Origin: a virus | Lineage: Duplodnaviria > Caudoviricetes | Virus record (IMG/VR): IMGVR_UViG_3300046171_000186 | Coordinates: 1 to 61,901 of that record | Strand: one strand, 5' to 3' | Length of the DNA stretch: 61,901 bases | Shown here: positions 27,395-37,481 of the stretch, in pieces | How positions within the stretch are numbered: position 1 is the first letter of the stretch | How the letters are laid out: the number at the start of each line of letters is the position of its first letter | Program-made: the position numbers and the translations under genes | Notes under the pieces: generated by a model | Seen by the model: only the letters and a program-made list of their open reading frames with translations | Told to the model about the DNA's origin: nothing | The model's database searches: none

Positions 27395-28397
27395 GCGACT
27401 ATTACAAGATACAGATAATCGAAGATGGTCTGACGCTGAAATCAATGACTACCTCTTTGATGCTCAACACGAATTCGTCCGCCTCACTGGCTATCCCCTC
27501 TTAACCACCAACGTAGATCTTCAGGGGTTGGTTGCTGAGTATGATGTACCAACCGACCTGATGGATATTCAACGAGCACGGGTACGCAACCGTGCTGTTG
27601 AAATTCCTATTATCTCGCCTACCGTTCTCGACGAATCCTCTACTTTCTTAAACGAATCGGTTGATGCCGATTGGAGATCTCAGACAGGGCCAATCCGGGC
27701 TGTTGTCTTGGATCATCAGTCCGCTTCTAAATTTAGGCTCTATCCAATTCCTGCTGGCAACATTGTCAGTACGGTCACCGCTTCTTTTGACGCTACAACT
27801 ACAACGATCACTGTTTCAGATGCATCCGATCTAGCAGTCGGGATGTATGTTGGTGGGAATACCAATATTCCTGAAAAGACAGCAATTGCTTCGATCAGCG
27901 GAACAACAATCACCCTGACAAAAACCACAACCAACACTGGTGCGGTATCGAATGCATCCATCACGTTTGTATCGTCTAACGTCTTCAGTAATTATCTTTT
28001 ACAGGTTCCAACTACCGATTTGGACGCAATTAGTGGAACCGACATCTTATATGATTCTAGTGGGTTTTTTCAGGGTACTATCGTAGTTTTACCGTCTATT
28101 GAACTGCAAGGAACAAGGAACCCACCGAGAGATGCCCTGCAAACATTAGCCAATGTAGCAGGAGGAACAGACGTTCCCATTATAGGCTCTAGATTCCACG
28201 AAGCATTGGTATTTGGTGCAGTTGAACGGGCGTACTTAAAAGAAAACGAACTTCGTAATGTTCAGAAAAGCAGTGCTTTCCGAGAGAGATTCCTGCAGTT
28301 CGTTGCCGAAGCACGACGAGAAGAGCATGAGAATAGAATCCGCAGAGTAGGAGGAGCAAACCGAGTACGGATGAAAGTCAGTAGGAGGTGGGTATGA
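27357..28397 (+). CDS. Head-tail adaptor / tail tubular protein A-like
   Basis: LRTRVERLLQD....RWSDAEINDYL, FRLYPIP, FHEALVFGA..RAYLKE. Confidence 0.8.
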   Translation: MSLNLGQLRTRVERLLQDTDNRRWSDAEINDYLFDAQHEFVRLTGYPLLTTNVDLQGLVAEYDVPTDLMDIQRARVRNRAVEIPIISPTVLDESSTFLNESVDADWRSQTGPIRAVVLDHQSASKFRLYPIPAGNIVSTVTASFDATTTTITVSDASDLAVGMYVGGNTNIPEKTAIASISGTTITLTKTTTNTGAVSNASITFVSSNVFSNYLLQVPTTDLDAISGTDILYDSSGFFQGTIVVLPSIELQGTRNPPRDALQTLANVAGGTDVPIIGSRFHEALVFGAVERAYLKENELRNVQKSSAFRERFLQFVAEARREEHENRIRRVGGANRVRMKVSRRWV

Positions 28398-30391
28398 CGG
28401 TTTCGGTTGTAGGGTCTAACAATGAAACGGTAGTCTTCCAGACTCGTAAAGTTAAAGGGTCTGACCTAGAAACGGACGCAACGCTTCTAGACCTTGATGA
28501 TATCCCAATGCCCTCCGGTGTATTGGATTCAAACAACACTACCTACGCTAATTTCTCTGCACTTTATGCAGACCTACCCACGAATCAAAATATCCGTGGC
28601 CCACAAGGCCCACAAGGCCCAGCAATTGACAGTGTATCGCTAGCACAGTCAGTCGATCTCTCCACCGTCACAATGACCTTCGGCTATACCTTGAACAATC
28701 AAGGGTATACCGTAGGAACCACACCCTCCTTTACGATTCCTGCTGGCCCAACTGGCCCTACTGGAACAGGCATTCAGTTCGTTTCGCACGATACTCAGAA
28801 TCATACTCTGACTTTTCAGTTTACAGATACGTTATCTGATTTGACGGTTGATCTACCGCAAGGAGACACTGGCCCTGCTGGTCGTAGTATCTCCAGCATC
28901 TCCAAGTCAGGAGATGTGATGACGATCAACTACGATGATGGGTCTTCTCCTACCCAGATCTCAGGAATTCGTGGCCCAGCAGGAGATGCTGCCACCATCA
29001 CAGTTAGCGCAACGAATACGTTAGCAGCAGGAGCATCTGCTACCGTTACTGAAACTGGAACCAGCAATTCTCAGAATCGGGAGTTAATCTTTGGCATTCC
29101 AGCAGGAGTAGACGGAGTAGACGGAGATGATGGGGTTTCTGTTACTGGAGTCAATCAAGTCAACTCCAGCACGATCAATTTTAGCCTATCCAACAGTACA
29201 ACCACTTCCAACATCACGCTTCCTTCTGCTACTGCCTCTTCGATTTTACCAAGCTATACCAATAACGCAGGAAAAGTTTTAGCAGTAAATAGCACTGCAA
29301 ATGACATTGAATGGATTGCTGGATCAGGAACCGGAACGGTCACAAGTGTCGGACTGACAGGTGCAAATGGGATCACTTTTTCTGGTGGGCCGATCACAAC
29401 CAGTGGCACGATTACCACCACTGTGAATGCTACTACGCTAAAAAGTCATTTAGCAATTGATTGGACAGACGTTGCCAATAAACCAAGTATTCCTGTTTCT
29501 GGAACAGACTTCGACCCAGTAGGGACAGACAACAGTACGAACGTCACACTCAACACCGCAAGTTATGATTATCTTTCTTTAGCTGGTCAAACGATCACGC
29601 TAGGACAAGTTGATTGGTCAACCGACATTTCAAATAAACCGTCAATCCCTGTAAGCGGTACGGACTTCGATCCTGTCGGAACTGATAATAGCACAAATGT
29701 AAGTTTAGTAACAACCTCTTATGATTACCTTTCTTTAGCTGGTCAAACGATTACGTTAGGTGCAATCGATTGGTCAACGGACATTTCAAACAAACCAAGC
29801 ATCCCTGTTTCTGGGACAGACTTTGATCCGGTTGGCACAGACAACAGCACGAATGTTTCGTTAAACACTACAAACTACGACTACTTATCAATCACAGGTC
29901 AAGCAATCACACTTGGTCAAATTGATTGGACAACGGACATTTCAAACAAGCCAACAATCCCTGTAAGTGGAACAGATTTCGATCCAGTTGGTACAGACAA
30001 TAGCACGGACGTTACTCTTAATAATACGACTTATAATTACCTCACAATTTCTGGACAGGCAATCACGGTTGGACAGGTTGATTGGACAACAGACATTGCA
30101 AATAAGCCAACAATCCCTGTTTCTGGGACAGACTTTGATCCTGTCGGAACCGATAATAGCACAAATGTAAGCCTTGCTACCGTTAGCAACAACTATCTAA
30201 GTCTCAGTGGGCAAGAGATCACAGCAGGAACAATCCCCTACCAGCTTGGAGGAACCGGATTAACAGCACTAGGTTCAGCAGGACAAGTACTAAAAGTCAA
30301 TTCAGCAGGAACCGCATTAGAATACGCAACTGACAATACTGGCGCAGCATCAGGCGCAGATCCCGTGGTAATGGCAATCGCATTAGGTTGA
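28394..30391 (+). CDS. Tail fibre protein with collagen-like triplets and 52-aa repeats
   Basis: GPQGPQGP, GTGTVTSV, five DW..I.NKP repeats, GGTGLT..G..GQVL.VN, C-terminal MAIALG. Confidence 0.85.
   Translation: MTVSVVGSNNETVVFQTRKVKGSDLETDATLLDLDDIPMPSGVLDSNNTTYANFSALYADLPTNQNIRGPQGPQGPAIDSVSLAQSVDLSTVTMTFGYTLNNQGYTVGTTPSFTIPAGPTGPTGTGIQFVSHDTQNHTLTFQFTDTLSDLTVDLPQGDTGPAGRSISSISKSGDVMTINYDDGSSPTQISGIRGPAGDAATITVSATNTLAAGASATVTETGTSNSQNRELIFGIPAGVDGVDGDDGVSVTGVNQVNSSTINFSLSNSTTTSNITLPSATASSILPSYTNNAGKVLAVNSTANDIEWIAGSGTGTVTSVGLTGANGITFSGGPITTSGTITTTVNATTLKSHLAIDWTDVANKPSIPVSGTDFDPVGTDNSTNVTLNTASYDYLSLAGQTITLGQVDWSTDISNKPSIPVSGTDFDPVGTDNSTNVSLVTTSYDYLSLAGQTITLGAIDWSTDISNKPSIPVSGTDFDPVGTDNSTNVSLNTTNYDYLSITGQAITLGQIDWTTDISNKPTIPVSGTDFDPVGTDNSTDVTLNNTTYNYLTISGQAITVGQVDWTTDIANKPTIPVSGTDFDPVGTDNSTNVSLATVSNNYLSLSGQEITAGTIPYQLGGTGLTALGSAGQVLKVNSAGTALEYATDNTGAASGADPVVMAIALG
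29455..30235 (+). repeat. Five tandem ~156-bp coding repeats
   Basis: GATTGG anchors at 29459, 29612, 29768, 29924, 30080. Confidence 0.9.
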
Positions 30392-30395
30392 ATAT

Positions 30396-30731
30396 ATGGC
30401 AAACGCATTCTTGAGAAAAACCGAAACAGCAGGGACTGCCCGAACCGATGTACTGGCAGCAAAAGTACCTCCAGCAACCGAAGTGGTTTGCATTGGACTT
30501 ATAGCCTCAAACAAATCTTCTGCCTCTCGTACTTTGACAGTTGAAATAAAATACGACACAGGAACTCCTACTTATACCAGCTACATCACGAATATTCCAA
30601 TTCCTGTAGGATCGTCCGTTAATTTGTTAGACGGTGGAAAGTTAGTCCTTGTACCGAATGAAAACCTAACGGTCACAGCAGACTCCGCATCAGCAGTAGA
30701 TGTACATCTCAGCTATCTGGAGATCACCTGA
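30396..30731 (+). CDS. Fibre-associated small structural protein
   Basis: MANAF..IPIPVGSS...GGKLVL....DV.LSYLEIT, a typical neighbour of MAIALG fibres. Confidence 0.7.
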   Translation: MANAFLRKTETAGTARTDVLAAKVPPATEVVCIGLIASNKSSASRTLTVEIKYDTGTPTYTSYITNIPIPVGSSVNLLDGGKLVLVPNENLTVTADSASAVDVHLSYLEIT

Positions 30732-31264
30732 TGAGTTACATAGGCAGCAAACGATCCAGCAGTTTAGTAAGTCTGGATGAGGGTACGATTGGCGATAATG
30801 TGAAGTTTCCTGCTGGGCATGTAATTCAGGTTGTTACACCTCCAGTAACCGTCGAAACAAATTCTTTAACCACTAGTTATGTTAATTATTACGAAGCATC
30901 TCTTACTCTAAAATCCTCTAATTCAAAGGTGTTTATAGTTCATTCATTTAATTATTTTATTTCTAGTGGTGGTTTTGGGCAACAAATTTACAGATCTACC
31001 TCAACTCCTGTTACGACATCCGACACAGTTGTTTTTAACTCTGGGGCTGTTGATGGAACTGGCGGCCCATTACAGTATTTTATCGGTTCAACATTTTATT
31101 CGACTGCAACAACACAGGCAGTAGATGATATTTCAGGGCAGACTGCTGGCGATGAATTATATTATGGATTTTTTTATAAGGCATATAGTGGGACTGTCAA
31201 TTTGCCAGTGAATGAAAGTACAGACGGTTTTTTCGCTACTACAATATTCGAAATACAAAAATGA
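30731..31264 (+). CDS. Short fibre/receptor-binding module A1
   Basis: MSYIG, GTIG..V.FPAGHVIQV. Confidence 0.65.
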   Translation: MSYIGSKRSSSLVSLDEGTIGDNVKFPAGHVIQVVTPPVTVETNSLTTSYVNYYEASLTLKSSNSKVFIVHSFNYFISSGGFGQQIYRSTSTPVTTSDTVVFNSGAVDGTGGPLQYFIGSTFYSTATTQAVDDISGQTAGDELYYGFFYKAYSGTVNLPVNESTDGFFATTIFEIQK

Positions 31265-31593
31265 TCAATGAAGCATTATACGCATTAGGAATAAATGGTG
31301 GTTGGAAAATCAAGAATGGGAAAATTGCAAAGTGGTACGCAAATCAACCACAACCAACCGAAGCGGAAATCCAAGCAAAAATAGCAGAACTAGAAGCAGC
31401 CGAACCACTACGCTTACTACGCCAACAACGCAACCAACTCCTCCAGCAATCCGATTGGATGGCAGTAAGCGATAGAGTAATGACCCAAGCACAGATTGAT
31501 TACAGACAAGCACTACGAGATTTACCAGAAACAGCAGATCCACAACTAGACGAACAAGGCAATCTAACCAACGTAACGTGGCCTAGCTTATGA
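31261..31593 (+). CDS. Tail fibre assembly chaperone B1
   Basis: QPTEAEI, LRQQRNQLL..SDW, YRQALRDLP, VTWP. Confidence 0.8.
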   Translation: MINEALYALGINGGWKIKNGKIAKWYANQPQPTEAEIQAKIAELEAAEPLRLLRQQRNQLLQQSDWMAVSDRVMTQAQIDYRQALRDLPETADPQLDEQGNLTNVTWPSL

Positions 31594-31961
31594 GTAATGC
31601 AAGAGATATTGCGGATGCAGGACATACGCTTAAGGCGTGGATAAACTTTGATGGATCAAGCACGTTTAGCCCTAATCCTAGCACCAGTGTTATTCGAGCA
31701 GATTTTAATTTTTCATCAATTACAGAACATACTGGGGGTGATTACACACTGACTTTTGAAAACTCAATGGATAATCGTAATTATGCAGTGGTTTTTGGAG
31801 CAGGCCGCACTCATGCTGGGTCAGTAAATTCAATGGCTGTTGGCTGTTTAAAAGAAGGTAATGCGCCAATTGCAGCATCGTTTAGAATGACAATCAATTA
31901 TCAGAATGGTGGATTAGGAACTACTACTGGAGATATCAGTGTTGCGGTTTTTGCTCCTTGA
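31590..31961 (+). CDS. Short fibre module C1
   Basis: KAWINFDG..IR..FNFSSI..G.YTL.F...M...NY. Confidence 0.7.
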   Translation: MSNARDIADAGHTLKAWINFDGSSTFSPNPSTSVIRADFNFSSITEHTGGDYTLTFENSMDNRNYAVVFGAGRTHAGSVNSMAVGCLKEGNAPIAASFRMTINYQNGGLGTTTGDISVAVFAP

Positions 31962-31985
31962 ACCAACAAACTACTCAGGAAACCA

Positions 31986-32198
31986 ATGAAACTAGCAATT
32001 TTTCCCAATGAAACAACCATTAGTGTGCTAGTCCCAGCACCAAACTGTGGCTTAACGTTGGAGCAGATCTGTGCGAAAGATGTCCCTACAGGTGTCAAGT
32101 ACAAGATCATTGACAGTTCAGAACTACCAGCAGACCGAGAATTCCGCAATGCTTGGGACTATGATTTCAGCAATTCTTACGATGGAGTAGGAGCGTGA
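31986..32198 (+). CDS. Small tail assembly protein
   Basis: KDVPTG..YKIID..ELP.DR.FRNAW. Confidence 0.7.
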   Translation: MKLAIFPNETTISVLVPAPNCGLTLEQICAKDVPTGVKYKIIDSSELPADREFRNAWDYDFSNSYDGVGA

Positions 32199-32425
32199 TT
32201 ACGATCAATTTACCAAAAGCCAAAGAGATCAAAAAAGAATCTCTGCGAATGGAACGTAAACCGTTACTGGAAGCGCAGGACGTAGCCTATATGCGAGCAC
32301 AGGAAGCAGGAGAAGACACCACTACGATCATAGCCGAAAAGGTTCGCCTACGGAATATCACAATGCTCTGTGATATGGCTGAAAACGTAGATGATCTCAA
32401 AGCTATTGACATCAACAACTCATGA
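32195..32425 (+). CDS. Small tail assembly chaperone-like protein
   Basis: KAKEIKK..LR.ER.PLL...DV.YMRA.E. Confidence 0.7.
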   Translation: MITINLPKAKEIKKESLRMERKPLLEAQDVAYMRAQEAGEDTTTIIAEKVRLRNITMLCDMAENVDDLKAIDINNS

Positions 32426-33477
32426 CAACTGCAGCAGAATTAGCATCCTACGCCAGTAGCTTTCCGAATTTTAGAAATAAGATTATCAATGGTGGGATGC
32501 AAATAGCACAAAGAGGGACAACTGGAACAACTCCAAATACTAATAATTATTTATTAGACAGATTTTCGTTAAGTAGATTTGGAGGATACCCAGATAATGC
32601 TACTCAATCGCAAGACACAGATTCTCCTTCTGGACATTTAAAATCTTTAAAATTTATTCGTAATAGTGGTCATACTTTAACTGGAACTCATGGCTCTGCA
32701 CTTACTTATGCAGTTGAAGGTAATGATATTTATCATTTCAATTGGGGAAGTTCTTCTGCAAAAGCAGTAACATTGTCATTTTGGGTCAAATCAAATAAAA
32801 CTGGTAATTTTTCTTTAATTCTTACTGACACTAATAGTGCCTATGATATAGGCAAATTGTATACAATATCAAATTCTGATACATGGGAACATAAAAAAGT
32901 ATATATTGAAGCACCTACTTCTGGAGGGACATTTAATACAGACAATACTGCCGGATTTTATATTTCTTGGGGATTTGGCGCAACTGATTCTGCTAGAATT
33001 GCACAAGGCTCAACATGGGGTGTTTCAAATAGTAGTGGTTCGACAAAGTCTATGGTTACTGGTGCATCAACTTCATTGGCAACAGATAGCGGAGCAGCCT
33101 TCTACATCACCGGAGTTCAGCTTGAAGAAGGCACAGTCGCAACCCCATTCGAGCATCGGCCCTATGGAACAGAGTTAGCGTTGTGTCAGAGGTATTATGA
33201 AAACGGAACATTCAATGTGTTGAATCCATATTCTACAGGTTTAAATTCCTCTATTAGAGGTCTTGTTTTTTATAAAGTACCAAAAAGAGCATCTAGTAAC
33301 ACCATTACTGTTAATGATAATAATGGCACTTCAGGTAAAGTTTATCGTAATGGAGTTAACAAAAGTTATACTGTTTTTTTGAATCAAAATGATGTTTTTT
33401 CAATAGCAAATTCAGACACCCCCAGTACAAGTACAGATGATTATTACTTCAATTGGACAGTATCGAGTGAGTTATGA
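32422..33477 (+). CDS. Carbohydrate-binding-like fibre module
   Basis: [49 protein letters not shown]. Confidence 0.75.
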   Translation: MTTAAELASYASSFPNFRNKIINGGMQIAQRGTTGTTPNTNNYLLDRFSLSRFGGYPDNATQSQDTDSPSGHLKSLKFIRNSGHTLTGTHGSALTYAVEGNDIYHFNWGSSSAKAVTLSFWVKSNKTGNFSLILTDTNSAYDIGKLYTISNSDTWEHKKVYIEAPTSGGTFNTDNTAGFYISWGFGATDSARIAQGSTWGVSNSSGSTKSMVTGASTSLATDSGAAFYITGVQLEEGTVATPFEHRPYGTELALCQRYYENGTFNVLNPYSTGLNSSIRGLVFYKVPKRASSNTITVNDNNGTSGKVYRNGVNKSYTVFLNQNDVFSIANSDTPSTSTDDYYFNWTVSSEL

Positions 33478-33668
33478 TTTATAAATTAGCATCAAAAAGT
33501 CAAATCAGTCATAATTCTCCGCATTCTGAGAATGCGGTTATACGCTTGCTAGATGGTGCGTGGATACCATTTTCAGAAACAAACACAGACTACCAAGAAT
33601 ATCTTGCTTGGCTAGCCGAAGGTAACGAACCACTTCCAGCAGATGAACCAGAAGGACAAACAGCATGA
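33474..33668 (+). CDS. Small chaperone-like protein
   Basis: IP....[19 protein letters not shown]. Confidence 0.75.
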   Translation: MIYKLASKSQISHNSPHSENAVIRLLDGAWIPFSETNTDYQEYLAWLAEGNEPLPADEPEGQTA

Positions 33669-34369
33669 GCTACATCGGCAATCAGCCCGTCCTAAATACC
33701 AGTGAATTCCGTGAGGAGTTTGCGGTAACAACCAGTACTCAGACGGTTTTTAACACCTCTGGATTTACAGCGAGTGCAAATTCCACACATCTGGAACTTT
33801 ATCGAAATGGTGTGCTTCTTAGTAAAGATGACTACACACTTGATTCAGATGCTGCGACTGTCACTCTCAACAATGCTGCCGTCAACGGGGACATCGTAGT
33901 CGTTACCGGACGTAGAGACATAACGAAAAGACAAACCGAACTAGGTGAGTACATTGAAGAGTTTCCCATCTCCGGTACACCAACAACTGTTACCTTCTCT
34001 TATCCGTTAAACCCCACAAACACTCACGTTTTTCTGAATGGAGTCAAGCTAACCACAACCGGAGGATCTCCTGACATCTCCAGCATTAATGCTGCTACCG
34101 GAGTGATTACTTTTGCAAGTGCTCTAGCAAATGGAGATGTAGTAATCGTTGTCAGTCGGAGTCCAGTTTTGGTGTCACATGATCGGGTATCGCATTATAG
34201 CACAGTGTCTGACGATGTGACGGTTCCAACAGGACAGAATGTAGCTTTCTTCGGAGATACGGAGTTGGCAGGAACCAATAACATTTACGGTAGTCTAGTA
34301 GTGGCAGGAGGTGCTGCTAATTTTAGCGGCACAACGAACATTAAGGGAACCTTTAATTCAGTAGGGTAA
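33665..34369 (+). CDS. Beta-rich tail structural protein with an internal duplication
   Basis: MSYIGNQP; two LY/FLNGV.L...A..GD.V units. Confidence 0.7.
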   Translation: MSYIGNQPVLNTSEFREEFAVTTSTQTVFNTSGFTASANSTHLELYRNGVLLSKDDYTLDSDAATVTLNNAAVNGDIVVVTGRRDITKRQTELGEYIEEFPISGTPTTVTFSYPLNPTNTHVFLNGVKLTTTGGSPDISSINAATGVITFASALANGDVVIVVSRSPVLVSHDRVSHYSTVSDDVTVPTGQNVAFFGDTELAGTNNIYGSLVVAGGAANFSGTTNIKGTFNSVG

Positions 34370-34370
34370 G

Positions 34371-34967
34371 ATGGCAGGAGAGATCAAATTAAACAGTGTA
34401 GACTTTGCTAGTGAATCGGGTGGTATGATTACTGTGAATAATGGAACGATTGGCAGTGGGGTGGTGTTTCCTGCCGGGCATCCAATTCAAGTTAGGCATT
34501 TTTTAGATGATACAATGTGGACATGGGGGGCCACAACTTCATTTACCAGTATACATGGGTCAGGCCAATATCTATACATGGATATTACTCCTAAAAGGAG
34601 CGATTCTTATCTTTTAATAAGCTGGTATATAAATTTTAATAATGCGGATATTCCAACTTACATTAGGCATTTTAAGCTTCACGATGTAACTAATAATACT
34701 CATCCATTAATTGGTCAATCTAATGGGACAAGAAATCAAGTTACTTTATCCAGAAGATTTAATGACGCTGATGGTAATAGTGCAGATGTTTTAGATTTAA
34801 CTGCTATAGTCCAATCATCAAACAGAAATTCAAGAACTTATAGGATTGAGGGAAGGATTGAAGCAAATTCTGGGAATTACAATATTAACCATAGTGTTAA
34901 CAACACATCCAACTATGGTTGGACTGGTTATTCATTTGGATACATAATGGAGTTTATGCCATCATGA
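34371..34967 (+). CDS. Short fibre/receptor-binding module A2
   Basis: GTIGSGVVFPAGHPIQV, paralogue of 30731. Confidence 0.65.
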   Translation: MAGEIKLNSVDFASESGGMITVNNGTIGSGVVFPAGHPIQVRHFLDDTMWTWGATTSFTSIHGSGQYLYMDITPKRSDSYLLISWYINFNNADIPTYIRHFKLHDVTNNTHPLIGQSNGTRNQVTLSRRFNDADGNSADVLDLTAIVQSSNRNSRTYRIEGRIEANSGNYNINHSVNNTSNYGWTGYSFGYIMEFMPS

Positions 34968-35326
34968 TTAATAATGCGAATCTATATTGTAAAGCAATAC
35001 GATTATGCGGAGATTATGCATACTCTTACACTGCTCCATTATCTTCATTTGAAGATATTGATTGGGTTTTTGATAGTCCTTCCAAATCAGATGTAGAGTT
35101 AAAATACGCAGAACTTACTGCAGCAGAACCATTACGCCAACTCCGACTCCAACGCAATCAACTTCTAGCCCAAACCGATTGGCGTTTTCGCAGTGACCTA
35201 ACCCCATCCCAAGAATGGATTGACTACTGTCAAGCACTACGAGATCTACCAGCAAACTCGACACCATCACTAGATGAAAACGGACAACTAACAGGGGTCA
35301 ACTGGCCCACACCACCGGAAAACTAA
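34964..35326 (+). CDS. Tail fibre assembly chaperone B2
   Basis: AAEPLRQLRLQRNQLL..TDW..YCQALRDLP..VNWP, paralogue of 31261. Confidence 0.8.
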   Translation: MINNANLYCKAIRLCGDYAYSYTAPLSSFEDIDWVFDSPSKSDVELKYAELTAAEPLRQLRLQRNQLLAQTDWRFRSDLTPSQEWIDYCQALRDLPANSTPSLDENGQLTGVNWPTPPEN

Positions 35327-36012
35327 TGAGCGGAACACTACAAGTCGGTGGCAAAACACTCGCCACGCATGATACATCAGCAAATGAAATCAGTTTACAC
35401 TCAGACATACTGGCAACGACTGCTCAAGTCCAAGGAATCCATACCACCGCAAACACTGCAAAGGCAACCAACGCCAATCAATTAACATCCGTCACAGCAG
35501 TATCTGGATACAATTTAGCAGACGTTAGCGTGGGTGACTATGTAACCGGAGAAGGCATTGTCGTTGGTACAACCGTTTCTGCAATTAGTGGAACTACGAT
35601 CACACTGTATCATCCAGATGGAGATGCCCTAAGTAGTTCGATGGCAGATCTGAGCAGTGATCCAGTATCATTCTACAATTCAACCAAAGCACTGAGTGCT
35701 GGAACAGTAGCAGGTGGATTGTGCCGAGCTTGGGTGAATTTTGATGGAGTGAACCAGACAATCCGTGCTGCTTACAATATCTCTAGTATTTCATACGGAA
35801 CCGGAGACTATACCGTCAATTTTGCGACAGCAATGCCAGATGCTAATTATGTGTCTGTTGCTCATGGTGGTAAATTAACAACAAATTCTATTTCAGATAT
35901 TGATGTGTCGAGAGTGAATGAATCTGTTTCAAATATAAGAATTGAGACAGTGAGAGGTAGCGATAATATTAAAAATGATTTTGAATGCGTTAATGTCGCA
36001 ATCTTCCGCTAG
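35326..36012 (+). CDS. Short fibre module C2
   Basis: CRAWVNFDG..IRAAYNISSI..GDYTVNFATAMPDANY, paralogue of 31590. Confidence 0.7.
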   Translation: MSGTLQVGGKTLATHDTSANEISLHSDILATTAQVQGIHTTANTAKATNANQLTSVTAVSGYNLADVSVGDYVTGEGIVVGTTVSAISGTTITLYHPDGDALSSSMADLSSDPVSFYNSTKALSAGTVAGGLCRAWVNFDGVNQTIRAAYNISSISYGTGDYTVNFATAMPDANYVSVAHGGKLTTNSISDIDVSRVNESVSNIRIETVRGSDNIKNDFECVNVAIFR

Positions 36013-36039
36013 AAAATCACCAATTAACCAAGGCCGAGC

Positions 36040-36306
36040 ATGAAATATCTACTACTACTTCCACTCACACTACTAGCTTGTAGTGACTATCCTGCAAGCG
36101 AAGGCAACGATAGCGAAGCGAATCCAATTGAAATCCATATCAACATAGACAACCAAAACAACCAAGCACCAGATAATAACACGCAGGACGTAGACGTTGA
36201 CTCTAATAGCGATTCCGACAGCAATAGCAATAGCGATAGTAGTTCTGGATTTACGCTAGATAATAGTACTGGAATCCAAGTCTACGAATTTAATTCAATC
36301 CTATAA
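36040..36306 (+). CDS. Predicted lipoprotein with a D/S/N-rich tail
   Basis: MKYLLLLPLTLLAC lipobox. Confidence 0.65.
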   Translation: MKYLLLLPLTLLACSDYPASEGNDSEANPIEIHINIDNQNNQAPDNNTQDVDVDSNSDSDSNSNSDSSSGFTLDNSTGIQVYEFNSIL

Positions 36307-36318
36307 CCGAGTACAACT

Positions 36319-36600
36319 ATGCCAATAGAAGCTTCCTTCGTCGAAATGCTTTCCTCTTTAGGAGGCACAATGGCAGCACTCTTGTGTTCTTTTTGGTATA
36401 TAAAATATCTTACGGACACCCACAGGCAACGTGAAGAACTTTGGATCAACAAGGACACGGAAGCAGACAAGGCACTTCGAGAATTGCAAGCTACGAGCAA
36501 CGCTCAGTTACTGTCTGTTTTACAGTCTGTTAATGAAACTCTAAAGAATATGACCGTGGCAATAAGCGAACTCAAAAGCAGTTTAGAATCCAAGAGATAA
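36319..36600 (+). CDS. Putative holin-like membrane protein
   Basis: One N-terminal TM helix plus a coiled coil, upstream of the endolysin. Confidence 0.5.
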   Translation: MPIEASFVEMLSSLGGTMAALLCSFWYIKYLTDTHRQREELWINKDTEADKALRELQATSNAQLLSVLQSVNETLKNMTVAISELKSSLESKR

Positions 36601-36602
36601 CT

Positions 36603-36878
36603 ATGGCAGCAAGAGTGAATAAATCGGCAATGAAGTGTAACAGTCCGAAGCGCACTCCCTCTCATCCCAAGAAATCGCACGTTGTCAAAGCCTGTTCTGG
36701 TGGAAAGGAAAAGGTTATTCGTTACGGAGAGCAGGGTGCTAAAACCGCAGGGAAACCGAAGGCAGGTGAGTCTGCTAGAATGAAAGCTAAACGAAAATCC
36801 TTTAAAGCAAGACACGGAAAGAACATTGCGAAGGGCAAAATGAGTGCGGCTTACTGGGCCAATAAGTCAAAATGGTGA
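36603..36878 (+). CDS. Small basic protein
   Basis: KKSHVVKAC..KVIRYG.QG..RKSFKARH..SAAYWANK.KW. Confidence 0.75.
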   Translation: MAARVNKSAMKCNSPKRTPSHPKKSHVVKACSGGKEKVIRYGEQGAKTAGKPKAGESARMKAKRKSFKARHGKNIAKGKMSAAYWANKSKW

Positions 36879-36880
36879 TT

Positions 36881-37213
36881 ATGAAAAAACTAATACTTAG
36901 TGTGATACTATCATTATCCGTCTGTGCAATGCCACCAATGGCACCAGCACACGAAAAGTCTAACGAATATCAGACGATCTTTCTTCTTCAATGGGTCTAT
37001 CAGTGTTCTGAAAAGCTCAAACTGCAATACATGGGAAACGGTACACCGCATCAATTCGCATTGCAGATGAGTATTCAAAACTGTAGCTGCATGATCGACA
37101 ACTACCGTGCTAATTTTACACAACCAGAAGTGATTAACATGACATATGATGATCGAACTGCTTTTGGTGAAGAGTACGCTAAAATCTGTTTAAACATTAT
37201 AAAGCAGAGTTAA
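36881..37213 (+). CDS. Secreted/periplasmic Cys-containing protein
   Basis: Signal peptide MKKLILSVILSL; C..CSCMID..C. Confidence 0.6.
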   Translation: MKKLILSVILSLSVCAMPPMAPAHEKSNEYQTIFLLQWVYQCSEKLKLQYMGNGTPHQFALQMSIQNCSCMIDNYRANFTQPEVINMTYDDRTAFGEEYAKICLNIIKQS

Positions 37214-37217
37214 GCAC

Positions 37218-37481
37218 ATGGAAGATCTATTAAAAAACGTGGTCGAGGAAGTGGTTGATTCTGTATCGACTCAAACAGAAAGTGTTTTGATTGAAACAGT
37301 CGAAGAAACCGTGGCTGAAACAGGTATGGCTGATAATCTTGCTCTCGATACTCTTGATCTCCTGCTGGATACAGGGGCCGCAGAGGGAATCGCAGCATTG
37401 TTTGGAGCACCCGTTGCCATCGTCATCGGACTTCGTTTTCTTAAAAAGTATCGTGCAAAGGGAAACAATGCAACCAGTTGA
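37218..37481 (+). CDS. Acidic protein with a C-terminal TM helix (lysis accessory?)
   Basis: GIAALFGAPVAIVIGLRFLKK; overlaps the endolysin start. Confidence 0.55.
   Translation: MEDLLKNVVEEVVDSVSTQTESVLIETVEETVAETGMADNLALDTLDLLLDTGAAEGIAALFGAPVAIVIGLRFLKKYRAKGNNATS

Noticed and set aside
29455-30235. CRISPR-like or non-coding array
   Set aside because: The repeats are in frame, lack unique spacers and vary at synonymous positions
30731-36012. Diversity-generating retroelement or invertible shufflon
   Set aside because: No reverse transcriptase, no adenine-specific TR/VR pair, no adjacent invertase or inverted crossover sites; all cassettes are co-oriented
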